Below the pieces are notes generated by a model. It was not told where the DNA came from, searched no databases, and saw nothing but the letters and a program-made list of their open reading frames with translations. A stretch of 64,000 nt of DNA from Arcobacteraceae bacterium (GTDB lineage: Bacteria > Campylobacterota > Campylobacteria > Campylobacterales > Arcobacteraceae): positions 96,001 through 160,000 of the forward strand of contig JBLWVX010000002.1 in NCBI GenBank assembly GCA_048268245.1, read 5' to 3'. Made by a program: the position numbers and the translations under genes. Shown here piece after piece: positions 11,374 through 20,915 of this stretch; position 1 is the first letter of the stretch; the number at the start of each line of letters is the position of its first letter.

Positions 11374-11997
11374 ATGGATTTTTTAACAAACCCTAATGTG
11401 CTATTTTATATTGCAGCATATTTAATAGGTTCTATTCCTTTTGGTCTTCTTCTTGCAAAAACTTTTGCAGGTGTTGATATAAAATCTCAAGGTAGTAAAT
11501 CAATTGGTGCAACAAATGTACTAAGAGTAGTAAAAGAAACAAATCCAAGCTTAGCAAAAAAACTAGGTATTGCAACAGTTATACTTGATGCATTAAAAGG
11601 TACTTTAGTTATTTTAGTAGCTATGAGTATGGGAATGAGTGAACAAACACTTTGGGCAATTGCAGTCTTAGCAGTTTTAGGGCATTGTTATTCTATATAC
11701 TTAGGACTAGAAGGTGGTAAAGGAGTTGCTACTGGACTTGGTGTATATATAGCTTTAGCACCCATAGCAACTTTAATAGGTGCACTTACATGGATAATAG
11801 CTGCAAAAGTTCTAAAAATTTCATCAGTATCTTCACTTTTAGGATTAACTGCTGTGATAGTTAGTGCTACACTTATGAATGATGGCTTAGATATAGGCTC
11901 AAATGCTCCTATGTATCTAATAGCATTTATTATCTACTATAAACACATCCCAAATATCATAAGAGTTATAAAGGGAGAGGAAAAAAAAGTTATCTAA
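11374..11997 (+). CDS. plsY: Glycerol-3-phosphate acyltransferase PlsY
   Basis: YLIGSIPFG, GSxSIGATN, GGKGVAT and HxxNI motifs. Confidence 0.98.
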   Translation: MDFLTNPNVLFYIAAYLIGSIPFGLLLAKTFAGVDIKSQGSKSIGATNVLRVVKETNPSLAKKLGIATVILDALKGTLVILVAMSMGMSEQTLWAIAVLAVLGHCYSIYLGLEGGKGVATGLGVYIALAPIATLIGALTWIIAAKVLKISSVSSLLGLTAVIVSATLMNDGLDIGSNAPMYLIAFIIYYKHIPNIIRVIKGEEKKVI

Positions 11998-12070
11998 CAT
12001 AAGTTTTTTTTCCGAATGAAAAGAGAGTTATCTAACATAAGTTTTTTTCCGAATGAAAAGAGAGTTATCT
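11988..12070. repeat. Tandem direct repeat, 37-38 bp unit, about 2.2 copies
   Basis: AGTTATCTAACATAAG(T8/T7)CCGAATGAAAAGAG at 11988-12025 and 12026-12062, plus partial AGTTATCT at 12063-12070. Confidence 0.95.
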
Positions 12071-12157
12071 GTTTAGACAACTCTCCCCCCTCAATCTCTT
12101 TTTACTATCAAAAAATAAATCCCAACTCTCTACTATTAATAAATATAAGGACAAGAA

Positions 12158-12481
12158 ATGAAACAAAACCTAACAATAAATATAAAAGAACTAACATTCA
12201 AATGTATCATAGGAATACTACCTTTTGAAAGAGAAGAAAAGCAAAGAGTTATTATAAATTTATCTTTTGATTACATATATAAGAACAATTACTTTATAGA
12301 TTATAGTGAAGTTTCACAGTTTGTAAAAAAACAAATGAAAAAGAAAAAATTTGAACTATTAGAGGAAGCTATTGCCCACATAGAGGGAAAGCTATACAAA
12401 ATGTATAAAATTAATAATCTAAAAATAGAAATATCTAAGCCAGATATTTTAAGTGATTGTATTGTGTCTCTTAGCAATTAA
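12158..12481 (+). CDS. folB: Dihydroneopterin aldolase
   Basis: IIGILPFER, IDYSEV, LLEE and ISKP motifs; plsY-folB synteny. Confidence 0.93.
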   Translation: MKQNLTINIKELTFKCIIGILPFEREEKQRVIINLSFDYIYKNNYFIDYSEVSQFVKKQMKKKKFELLEEAIAHIEGKLYKMYKINNLKIEISKPDILSDCIVSLSN

Positions 12482-12579
12482 TCAAAGGTTAATAGCTTGT
12501 TAATTAAAAGTAACCTTAAATTAACACTCAATTAACATAAAATAGATAACTTTTAAGAAAACTTTAAAATTTAGTGCAG

Positions 12580-12684
12580 TAGAATGACCGTAACGGTAAG
12601 CCGGAAAAGTTTTAAAACTAGTTTTTAAATGAGTTCGCGCGCTCCGGTAAACTGATAAAAGATTTCGAAATTTTAGGAGAACAA
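12580..12684 (+). promoter_or_regulatory. Porin promoter (-10 TAGAAT) and structured 5' leader
   Basis: TAGAAT at 12580-12585; CCGGA/TCCGG stem at 12601-12605/12643-12647; RBS AGGAG before ATG 12685. Confidence 0.6.
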
Positions 12685-13794
12685 ATGAAAAAAATCGCAA
12701 AATTAAGTTTAGTAGCTGCAGTAGCAGTAGCTGGATTAACAACAACTTCATCAGCTGCATCTTTAGAAGAAGCAATCAAAGGTGTTGATATTTCTGGTAC
12801 AGCTACATATAGATATGATGATAGAGATAAAGATTCATCAAACTACACAAAAAACTCTTACAAAGTTGCTGTTAATTTAAAATCAAAAGTTAATGAAGAT
12901 ATTACTTTTAACTCAAGAACAATAATTGGTGCTGGTAACACTGATATGGCTGAACTTAATACTAATGCTGCAGATAGTGAAGCTGCATTCGCTTTAACTC
13001 ATGCAAACTTTGCATACACTGGTTTAGCTAATACTACAATTATTGCTGGTAAACAAGCTGTACCATCTCCATTTGCTGTAAGTGCAGATTCTGCTGGTGA
13101 TGAAGATACTGGTGCAGGTTTAACTGCAGTAATTAATGCTGGTGCAGTAACAGTTGCTGCTACTTACTTAAACCAAACAAACTTAGTTACTAATGGTGCA
13201 GATATTGCTGGTTTAGGTTTAATGGGTAACGTTGCTGGTGTAGCTTTAGATGCATGGTACTTAGATGTACAAGAAACTTCTGCAAATAATAATGGACACC
13301 AAGCATATACAATTGGTGCAAAAACTAAAATTGCTCCAGTATCATTATATGCTAGATACTCTGCAGTAGCTCATGACGCAGCAAACACAGATACTGAATC
13401 ATTATGGAAAGTTGGAGCGAAAGCTAAAGTTGGTATTGTTGGATTTGGTATTGACTATGGTCAAACAAATAAAGTTAATAACTACCAAACTGGTGTAAAC
13501 TTAACTGGAGATGCTGATGCAACAGTTAACTTACAAGGATGGGCACTTAACTTAAATAAAAATGATGCTTCATTATTAAAATTAAATGTTAATGCACAAG
13601 TTTCAAATACAGTTAATTTATCAGCTAACTACAATACTTTAGAAGTTGGTTCTGTAGATTCTAAAGAATACTATGGACAAGCTTCATATAAAGTAAACAA
13701 AAACTTCTCTACATATGTAAGATTAGGTCAACACAAAACTGATGGTTCTGATAAAGGTACTAGAGGTAGACTTCACGTACAATACTCTTTCTAG
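12685..13794 (+). CDS. porA: Major outer membrane porin (Campylobacterales MOMP family)
   Basis: Signal peptide; mature N-terminus ASLEEAIKGVDISGxxxYRY typical of MOMP; C-terminal YSF; strong codon bias. Confidence 0.9.
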   Translation: MKKIAKLSLVAAVAVAGLTTTSSAASLEEAIKGVDISGTATYRYDDRDKDSSNYTKNSYKVAVNLKSKVNEDITFNSRTIIGAGNTDMAELNTNAADSEAAFALTHANFAYTGLANTTIIAGKQAVPSPFAVSADSAGDEDTGAGLTAVINAGAVTVAATYLNQTNLVTNGADIAGLGLMGNVAGVALDAWYLDVQETSANNNGHQAYTIGAKTKIAPVSLYARYSAVAHDAANTDTESLWKVGAKAKVGIVGFGIDYGQTNKVNNYQTGVNLTGDADATVNLQGWALNLNKNDASLLKLNVNAQVSNTVNLSANYNTLEVGSVDSKEYYGQASYKVNKNFSTYVRLGQHKTDGSDKGTRGRLHVQYSF

Positions 13795-13820
13795 TCAAAA
13801 GTATTGTTTCTATTAAACTT

Positions 13821-13858
13821 AAAAAAAAAGGTTAGAGATTTATCTCTAACCTTTTTTT
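13821..13858 (+). terminator. Intrinsic terminator of the porin gene
   Basis: A-run-GGTTAGAGAT-TT-ATCTCTAACC-T7. Confidence 0.9.
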
Positions 13859-13920
13859 ATTACTAACTATTTTTTAATTTTATTATGATAAAATCTATAA
13901 ATTTAAAAAAGGATTTTGTC

Positions 13921-14556
13921 TTGAAAAAAATACTTCTTTCAGCTTTTGCAATTGTTAGTTCAACAATTGTATATGCAAATACAACTATGTGTTTTAAAGA
14001 AAATCATACTTCAATGTCTACAATTGAAAAGGTTAAACTTAATGGTGGAGAATGTAAAAGTATATTTAGTGTTAATGATATGAAAAATAAGGGCTGGATA
14101 ATTGATGACATAAAAATCACTACTTCATCAAATGGTATGAACTATATCTATATATTTAAAGATAAGAATCTTATTTCTAATGGTAATACTTTTAATACTA
14201 CTGAAACTCAAAAAGATATAGAAGCTAGAATATTAGCTAGCTTAGAAAAGAAAAAAGAAAAAGAAAAAATTGAAAAAGAATTAAAAAGAAAAACTACTCT
14301 TGAACAAGAAGGTGAAATATTTTATATAGCAAAGTGTCAGAGTTGTCATGGGAAAAATGGTGAACTTGAAGCAAGAGGATACTCAAGACCTTTAAATACA
14401 TTAACATTAGATGAAATGGAAAAGACTATTAGAGATTATTCAAATGGTACATATGACAGAGGACTAGCCATGGTAATGAGACCAATAGCAAATACAACTA
14501 CTTATAAAGATTTAGAAAAAGTTTACAACTACTTAAATAAAATAAATAAAAAATAA
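13921..14556 (+). CDS. Exported monoheme c-type cytochrome (c553-like C-terminal domain, uncharacterised N-terminal domain)
   Basis: Signal peptide from TTG 13921 (AAGGA RBS; the ORF track starts at 13885); CQSCH heme motif; distal Met candidates (AMVMRP). Confidence 0.85.
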   Translation: MKKILLSAFAIVSSTIVYANTTMCFKENHTSMSTIEKVKLNGGECKSIFSVNDMKNKGWIIDDIKITTSSNGMNYIYIFKDKNLISNGNTFNTTETQKDIEARILASLEKKKEKEKIEKELKRKTTLEQEGEIFYIAKCQSCHGKNGELEARGYSRPLNTLTLDEMEKTIRDYSNGTYDRGLAMVMRPIANTTTYKDLEKVYNYLNKINKK

Positions 14557-14577
14557 ACTATAAATAGTTTATTTTTT
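14549..14577 (+). terminator. Probable intrinsic terminator
   Basis: AAATAAACTAT-AA-ATAGTTTATTT followed by a T-run. Confidence 0.6.
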
Positions 14578-14610
14578 ATACATTATAACCATATAAATAT
14601 TTTTAACAAA

Positions 14611-14619
14611 TGCTATACT
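14611..14619 (+). promoter_or_regulatory. Extended -10 promoter
   Basis: TGCTATACT 28 nt upstream of ATG 14648 (RBS AGGAG). Confidence 0.65.
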
Positions 14620-14647
14620 AATCCTATTATTACACATAGGAGATTAT

Positions 14648-15736
14648 ATGAAAAAATTAAGTTTATTTACATCTATATTATTAGTTAACAGTGCTATTAC
14701 ATTTGCTAGTGCTGATACTTTGAAAGAAGCCATTTCATCTGGTTCTACTTCAGGAGATATTTCAATTTATCATGAATCTACAAACATGGATACAGGAACT
14801 GATTCTGGATTTACTTCTGCGGGTGTTAGTCTTAACTATACTACTAAATCATTTAATGGATTTAGCGGAAAAGTAGGTTTTGTTGCTGCAAGTGATATTG
14901 ATGAAAAAAATGACAATGACTCATCAGTTTTAGCTGATAATTCAATATTAAGTGAAGCTAATATCACATATTCAACTGATTCATTTAGTATTACTGCTGG
15001 TAGACAAGCAATTGATTTAGAATGGATGGGAGATTATCATGAAGCCATTGTAGCTTCAACTTCAATCATTCCTAATACAACTCTTATAGTTGGATATTCT
15101 GATAAAACTGCTGTTGCAGGAGTAGATGAAATTTCATCAAAATTCTCAGATGTAAACGGTACAAAAGGTGCATATGTTGTTGATGCAAAATATACTGGTA
15201 TTGAAAGTATAACTTTAAATCCATATTACTATTCTGCAAATGATGTTGCTAACTTCTATGGTTTAAAAGGTGATTACTCATCAGATTTATTTTCTGCAAC
15301 TGCACATTATGCAAGTTCAAGTGAAGATGTATCAACTACTAAAGATGGCTCAATCATTCATTTAGGTTTAGGTACAAATATTTCAGGTATTTCTTTAAAT
15401 GCAGGATATATTAAAACTGACAAAGATGGTGGAATTGGTTCAATCAGTTCATTTGGAGATAATATTTCACCTTTTGATGATGGAACAAATGTATATGGAA
15501 CAGATGCAAAAACTTATTATGGTAGTGCATCATATACTATATCAAAAGCAACTCTAACTGCACTATATGGTACAACGGATTATGGAACAAATAATGATAC
15601 AGATGAGCTAAATTTAACTCTTGACTATAGCTTTACTGATGAATTATCGGCTAATGTTTTATATGTTGATTATGAAGATTCAACTTCAACAAAAGACTAT
15701 GATAAAATTTATGCATCTTTAACATACACTTTCTAA
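14648..15736 (+). CDS. Outer membrane porin (Opr/OprD-like family of Campylobacterota)
   Basis: Signal peptide, AGRQAIDLEW motif, amphipathic beta-strands, C-terminal YTF. Confidence 0.85.
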   Translation: MKKLSLFTSILLVNSAITFASADTLKEAISSGSTSGDISIYHESTNMDTGTDSGFTSAGVSLNYTTKSFNGFSGKVGFVAASDIDEKNDNDSSVLADNSILSEANITYSTDSFSITAGRQAIDLEWMGDYHEAIVASTSIIPNTTLIVGYSDKTAVAGVDEISSKFSDVNGTKGAYVVDAKYTGIESITLNPYYYSANDVANFYGLKGDYSSDLFSATAHYASSSEDVSTTKDGSIIHLGLGTNISGISLNAGYIKTDKDGGIGSISSFGDNISPFDDGTNVYGTDAKTYYGSASYTISKATLTALYGTTDYGTNNDTDELNLTLDYSFTDELSANVLYVDYEDSTSTKDYDKIYASLTYTF

Positions 15737-15762
15737 AATAAAATCTTTAAATAAGCGCGAAC

Positions 15763-15790
15763 AAATCAGGACCTAAAAAAGTCCTGATTT
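15763..15790 (+). terminator. Intrinsic terminator
   Basis: AAATCAGGAC-N8-GTCCTGATTT. Confidence 0.8.
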
Positions 15791-15853
15791 AATTTTACTC
15801 TAACCACTTCTTATACTACTTTTTTGTATAATCCATGCAAAGGATTTAATTAT

Positions 15854-16948
15854 ATGGACGCATACGAATATAGTGAACTACTAAAAACATTAAATACAAA
15901 ACTTGACAACATTACAGGAATTTTAAAACCTGATGAATTAAATGCTAGACTTAAAGAAATAGAAGAACTAGAAGCACAACAAGATTTTTGGAATGATGTT
16001 GACACTGCTACTAAAATAGGTATAGAAAAAAATAGAATACTTTCAAAACTAAGTAAATTTAATAAGGCCAACGAAGCATTAAGTGGAACAAATGACCTTT
16101 ATGAACTTGCAAATGAAGAAAGAGATGAAGATACTATTGAAATGCTTTATGAAGAAGCAGATGAGTTAAAAGAGCTTATAAAATCAACAGAAATTTCTGT
16201 AATGCTAAGCAACCCTGATGATGCTTCAAATGCAATTGTTTCTATTCATCCAGGTGCAGGTGGAACTGAGTCACAAGACTGGGCACAAATGCTTTATAGA
16301 ATGTATTTAAGATGGGCTGAAAGATATGATTATAAAATTGAACTACTTGATTATCAGCCAGGGGAAGAAGCTGGTATAAAAGATGTGTCATTTATCGTAA
16401 AGGGTGAAAATGCTTACGGATATCTAAAAGCAGAAAATGGAATTCATAGACTTGTTAGAATTTCACCATTTGATTCAAATGCAAAAAGACATACTTCATT
16501 TGCTTCTGTTATGGTATCTCCTGAAATTGATGATAATATTGATATTGAAATAGAAGATAAAGATATTAGAATTGATACTTATAGAGCAAGTGGAGCTGGT
16601 GGACAGCATGTAAATAAAACAGAATCAGCTATTAGAATCACACATATAGAATCAGGAATTGTAGTTCAATGTCAAAATGATAGATCTCAGCACAAAAACA
16701 AAGCTAGTGCCATGAAAATGTTAAAATCAAGACTTTATGAGTTAGAGCTTGAAAAACAACAAGCAGACAAAGATGGTGTTGAAAAAAGTGAAATTGGATG
16801 GGGTCATCAAATTAGATCTTATGTTCTTCAACCATACCAACAAGTAAAAGATACTAGAAGTAATATTGGTTACTCAAATGTAGATGCTATCTTAGATGGT
16901 GATATAACAAAAATTATTGAAGATGTACTTATAGCTACAAGCAAATAA
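15854..16948 (+). CDS. prfB: Peptide chain release factor 2 (continuous ORF, no programmed frameshift)
   Basis: SPF and GGQ motifs. ATG 15854 is preceded by AAGGA and by TATAAT at 15827-15832. Confidence 0.97.
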   Translation: MDAYEYSELLKTLNTKLDNITGILKPDELNARLKEIEELEAQQDFWNDVDTATKIGIEKNRILSKLSKFNKANEALSGTNDLYELANEERDEDTIEMLYEEADELKELIKSTEISVMLSNPDDASNAIVSIHPGAGGTESQDWAQMLYRMYLRWAERYDYKIELLDYQPGEEAGIKDVSFIVKGENAYGYLKAENGIHRLVRISPFDSNAKRHTSFASVMVSPEIDDNIDIEIEDKDIRIDTYRASGAGGQHVNKTESAIRITHIESGIVVQCQNDRSQHKNKASAMKMLKSRLYELELEKQQADKDGVEKSEIGWGHQIRSYVLQPYQQVKDTRSNIGYSNVDAILDGDITKIIEDVLIATSK

Positions 16949-16951
16949 TAC

Positions 16952-16992
16952 TTAAAAGCAGAAGCGAATCTTATATTCGCACTCTGTTTAAA
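16952..16992. terminator. Hairpin between convergent prfB and addB
   Basis: GCAGA-A-GCGAAT-CTTAT-ATTCGC-AC-TCTGT imperfect stem. Confidence 0.6.
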
Positions 16993-16996
16993 ATCA

Positions 16997-19378
16997 CTAT
17001 TCTCTATCGCAAATAGTTTTATAAATACAGAAATTACAAGATGATTTTTGTTCAGTTTTTTCAAAATTTATATCATTTTTACTTAACTCTTTTAGCTCTT
17101 CTAGTTTACTGCTTAATAGCTCAAGCTTTTTATCTAAAGCAATCTCTTCTACAAGCTTAACAGAGTTTAAATCATAATAAAAAGTGTCTATATTATCATC
17201 TTTATAAAGTTCATTTACTGCAAGATAATAAAACTCTAATTGAAAATCAATAGATTTTTCATAGTTTTTTAAAGTATCAACTTTTAAAGAAGATGAAGTT
17301 TTATAATCTATTACTTCATATCTTTTTGTCTGATTATTATAATCTATTCTATCAACTATACCTTTTAACTTAAAACCATCAAACTCTATTTCAAACATTT
17401 TTTCTAAGGCTAAAATCTTTGAGTTTTCAAGTCTTTTTGAATCATAAATATAAAAATCATGAAGTTTCTTTTTCCATATTTCTAAATCAAGAGCTAAAAG
17501 TGGGTTTTCACTTCTGTAGTTATTAAATAGATTCTCTATTTTTCTAAAATCTAATTCTAAATTACTCTCATCAATAGTATAATATTTTTCTAATATCTCA
17601 TGTACAATATTTCCAAGCTCAAAAGATTTTGGTTTTAAAGATAAATCATGATCAGCAATTTTTAAAATATATTGTAAATAAAATCTTCTTTTACAATCTA
17701 AGAAAGTCTTTAGTGAGCTTGCAGACCAAGAGAACTTTGATAAATCAACTCTATCAATTATATCTTTATCAAAATGTTTCAAAGTATAGTTATTGTATAA
17801 AATATGTCTATATGAGTTATCGTATACATTATAATCAATCTTCTCTGTAAATAACTCATTTGCAAATCTTGTAATCTGATTTGAATCAGAATTAACATAA
17901 GAGATATAAACCTCTTTTGATGAGTTAATCAATCTTTTATAATAGTACTTTTGTAAAAGTTCTCTATCACTTAAAGTTGGAAGATTTGTCATAGCTTTAA
18001 TTTTTGAAGATAAAAACTTATCTTTTACAGATGCTTTTGGTATAAACTGCTCATTAAAATCACATATAATTACTGCATCAAAACTGTTTGCTCTTGTTTC
18101 AAGCAGTCCTAAAACGGTAATCTTTCCAGAGTTAATATCATCAAGTTTTATCTCTTTTATTCTTTGAAGTAAAACTTTATATACATCTTTTACTAAAAGA
18201 GGATTTTCTGAAATAAAAAGTAATCTTTTTAATTTATAAACTAAATCATCAAACTTTTCACATAACTCACTGCTACTTTCAAAACTTTTTATATATTCAC
18301 ATAAAAACTCAAAATTCTCTTTAGTACAAATTTTTGTATATATTTTTTGAATATTATCATCAACATATTTTTTATCAATTTTTAAATAGTTTAATCTCTC
18401 AATATTAACTATTTCTTTTTCATTTAGATAATTATAAATTGCATTTGATACTTCATATAGTTTTCTGTTTTCAATAGATTTACCCATAGCAAAGTTAAAA
18501 TATCTTTCATTGTCAAATAACTGTACTGTAGAAGCAAAACTTTCATCGGGTAATACCAAAGCTATATTAGATGGGTTTATACCTTTTTGAATACAGTTTA
18601 CAATTGAGGCTTTAATAAAAGCTATTTGATTTACTCTTGAATTAAAACCTTTAATTTCAACATAACCATTTTGTGATTTCAGTTCATTTTTATAAATGAT
18701 TTTTTTCTCACTCATATTTACTATATACTCAAAATCTATTTCGATTTTTTCATCTTCTATAAACTCTTTAAATACTTCTAAAGACTTTTGATTGTATTCA
18801 TTTGAAAAAAATTTAATATTTAAATTAACTTCACTTGAAATAGCTTTGATTATATCAAACTCAACTTTTGTAAAGTACCCTTCAAATATAAGATTTATTT
18901 CACTAAATTTATCCAAATAGCTTTTATTTAATTCATAATATTTAAAATATGTTACCCTATCAACAAATCCATTTTTGTCAAGAATTTCAACATATTTATC
19001 ATAGATTTTTGATAATATCTCTAAATGTTCAAAATAGTAATCATAAGTATCTGCTGTTTTAATATCTTGTATTGAAATTTTTTCACTAGAAAGTTCTGTA
19101 AAAAATCTATATATGTACTCATTTTGTTTTAAAAATTTTGTAAAACTATCTGATATCCCAAGTTTAGAAACGTCGATATCTTTAATAGCCTCTTTTAAAA
19201 ATAAAAATCTTTGTTCTTCATCACAATATTTTTTATCATTAATAATAATAGATTTTTTAAAAAACTCATCAATTGTAAGAGTAAAAGGAAGAAGAGTATT
19301 AGAACCTTTTAAGTCACCTAAAAAAGTTCTAATAGCTCTTGATGTTGGGAAAACAAAAAGTCTATTTTTTTCTAGCAT
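16997..19378 (-). CDS. addB: AddB-like recombination nuclease subunit (PD-(D/E)XK)
   Basis: WSASSL..C, GIVDRID, IDYKT, QLEFY and C-terminal CxxCxxxxxC Fe-S staple; same position after the cco operon as C. jejuni addB. Confidence 0.85.
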   Translation of the reverse strand: MLEKNRLFVFPTSRAIRTFLGDLKGSNTLLPFTLTIDEFFKKSIIINDKKYCDEEQRFLFLKEAIKDIDVSKLGISDSFTKFLKQNEYIYRFFTELSSEKISIQDIKTADTYDYYFEHLEILSKIYDKYVEILDKNGFVDRVTYFKYYELNKSYLDKFSEINLIFEGYFTKVEFDIIKAISSEVNLNIKFFSNEYNQKSLEVFKEFIEDEKIEIDFEYIVNMSEKKIIYKNELKSQNGYVEIKGFNSRVNQIAFIKASIVNCIQKGINPSNIALVLPDESFASTVQLFDNERYFNFAMGKSIENRKLYEVSNAIYNYLNEKEIVNIERLNYLKIDKKYVDDNIQKIYTKICTKENFEFLCEYIKSFESSSELCEKFDDLVYKLKRLLFISENPLLVKDVYKVLLQRIKEIKLDDINSGKITVLGLLETRANSFDAVIICDFNEQFIPKASVKDKFLSSKIKAMTNLPTLSDRELLQKYYYKRLINSSKEVYISYVNSDSNQITRFANELFTEKIDYNVYDNSYRHILYNNYTLKHFDKDIIDRVDLSKFSWSASSLKTFLDCKRRFYLQYILKIADHDLSLKPKSFELGNIVHEILEKYYTIDESNLELDFRKIENLFNNYRSENPLLALDLEIWKKKLHDFYIYDSKRLENSKILALEKMFEIEFDGFKLKGIVDRIDYNNQTKRYEVIDYKTSSSLKVDTLKNYEKSIDFQLEFYYLAVNELYKDDNIDTFYYDLNSVKLVEEIALDKKLELLSSKLEELKELSKNDINFEKTEQKSSCNFCIYKTICDRE

Positions 19379-19928
19379 TTGTTTTTATATAAATATAACC
19401 TGCATTACCATCTATATCAAGTGTACCTGTTATATTCCAATTATTTTCTTCTGTAATATCAAATTGTGTTACATATTCATTATTATTATTTTTAAACTTA
19501 CTATTATCTAGTAAAATATCATTATCAATAGTACTACTTTTTGTAACTTTTAAATTAATATCAATAGTTTTTTTAATATTAGTTTTTTTGTCAATTGCAA
19601 ATACTTTTATAGTATTTAATCCTAAAACCATAACATCTTTATGTTTTGATTTCTTTTCAAGTACTCTTTGTGAATGCATAATATCATCAACAGTTAAATC
19701 AAAACTTCTGTCATTTAAAACTAATTTTAAATCATATAAACTGTTGAATTTTTTATTTGAATTCATAATATCATTATATGATTCATCAACATCTTGATAT
19801 TCTTTCATAAAGCTTTTATCTTCATCGATATTAGCTTGAGAAGTACTATATATAGTCCATATAATCATTGAAAATACAAATGAAAATATTCCTATAAAAA
19901 AAAGCGGCCAATAATTTCTATTTTTCAT
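19362..19928 (-). CDS. FixH/CcoH-like cbb3 oxidase assembly protein
   Basis: N-terminal YWP plus one TM, then a soluble beta-rich domain; lies in the cco operon. Confidence 0.7.
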   Translation of the reverse strand: MKNRNYWPLFFIGIFSFVFSMIIWTIYSTSQANIDEDKSFMKEYQDVDESYNDIMNSNKKFNSLYDLKLVLNDRSFDLTVDDIMHSQRVLEKKSKHKDVMVLGLNTIKVFAIDKKTNIKKTIDINLKVTKSSTIDNDILLDNSKFKNNNNEYVTQFDITEENNWNITGTLDIDGNAGYIYIKTNARKK

Positions 19929-19932
19929 AAAT

Positions 19933-20568
19933 TTATGATTTCCTTTTTCTTAATACTGCATAAGTATAAGCTAACAGTCCTATAACAATAATAGTATACA
20001 TAAACACACGCCATATAGTACTAGAAACTTTTCCTTGGTTTCCAATACTTGTTTCAAGTTTTACTTCTTTTTGTGAAGCTAATGTATCTGCTATTGAAGC
20101 ATAACCATTTAACATAGAAGCACTAACTTTTGCAAAAAGTGTGTTCTTATCTTTTGAAGCCAATAAAGGTACTACATATCCATCTAAAATATCATCTTTA
20201 TCAACAATTTTCTTTAAATTATCATCTGAATAAATTAAATTTACATGTGTATCATCTATAAACGCAGTTAAAAGAATATAAGGCTTTTTAAGAGCCAGCA
20301 GAAGATCATTTTCATGAGCTTTTATAGTAGCAAATTTCTTTTTCATAGGAAATTCTTCTGGTAAATTTAAACCTTTAATAGTATAAACATAAATATTCAC
20401 ACCTAATTTAGTTTTAACTTCATTTCCAATTTGATTTATTTTTTCTTGTGCTCTTGTATCAATTAGACTATCATCTTTTAAGATGTAACCTTGTGCAAAT
20501 AAGTTTTGTGATAAAAAAAATAGCAGTGAAAAAAACACTGCTATTTTAAAATTAACTAAATTTTTCAT
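19933..20568 (-). CDS. Conserved membrane protein of the cco operon (TPM-like periplasmic domain)
   Basis: Signal peptide plus C-terminal TM; operon position. Confidence 0.65.
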   Translation of the reverse strand: MKNLVNFKIAVFFSLLFFLSQNLFAQGYILKDDSLIDTRAQEKINQIGNEVKTKLGVNIYVYTIKGLNLPEEFPMKKKFATIKAHENDLLLALKKPYILLTAFIDDTHVNLIYSDDNLKKIVDKDDILDGYVVPLLASKDKNTLFAKVSASMLNGYASIADTLASQKEVKLETSIGNQGKVSSTIWRVFMYTIIVIGLLAYTYAVLRKRKS

Positions 20569-20661
20569 TTATCCAACGAACACTCTAGTTGAGTCAAAAA
20601 ACCCATAGTAAGCTGTCATAACGGCAGAAACTAAAAGTAAAACACCTATGATTTTTTCCAT
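20569..20661 (-). CDS. 30-aa single-TM small protein in the cco operon (absent from the ORF track)
   Basis: MEKIIGVLLLVSAVMTAYYGFFDSTRVFVG; AGGAG RBS; its stop codon abuts the next ATG. Confidence 0.85.
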   Translation of the reverse strand: MEKIIGVLLLVSAVMTAYYGFFDSTRVFVG

Positions 20662-20671
20662 ACTTTACTCC

Positions 20672-20914
20672 TTACTTACCATTACCAACAAGCTCATATT
20701 GCTTGTGGTTGTCTGAACTATTCATTTTTAAACCATTTAAATCTTGGTTAATTTTATAATAGTTATCAGCCTCGTTTTGTTGAACCTTAATTGCATTAAT
20801 AGTTAGAACTGCTAAGATTGTAAGTAATAAAGCAGTTGCTATAAGCATTCCTGTAATACCATGTAATTTAAAGATTCCTCTTTCATTTTCATTCATTTGT
20901 GTATTTCCAGCCAT
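20672..20914 (-). CDS. DUF4006 family small membrane protein (CcoZ-like)
   Basis: NERGIFKLHGITGMLIATALLL motif, directly after ccoP. Confidence 0.85.
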   Translation of the reverse strand: MAGNTQMNENERGIFKLHGITGMLIATALLLTILAVLTINAIKVQQNEADNYYKINQDLNGLKMNSSDNHKQYELVGNGK

Positions 20915-20915
20915 A

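Noticed and set aside
11988..12070. Possible CRISPR array
   Set aside because: Units are contiguous with no unique spacers, and there are no cas genes.
12016..12228. 70-aa plus-strand ORF
   Set aside because: Starts inside the tandem repeat, overlaps folB out of frame and has no recognisable features.
12521..12775. 84-aa minus-strand ORF
   Set aside because: Antisense shadow of the porin promoter and signal peptide.
15824..16948. Programmed +1 frameshift in prfB, and the longer start at 15824
   Set aside because: The ORF is continuous with no CTT-TGA site, and the upstream start overlaps the -10 box.
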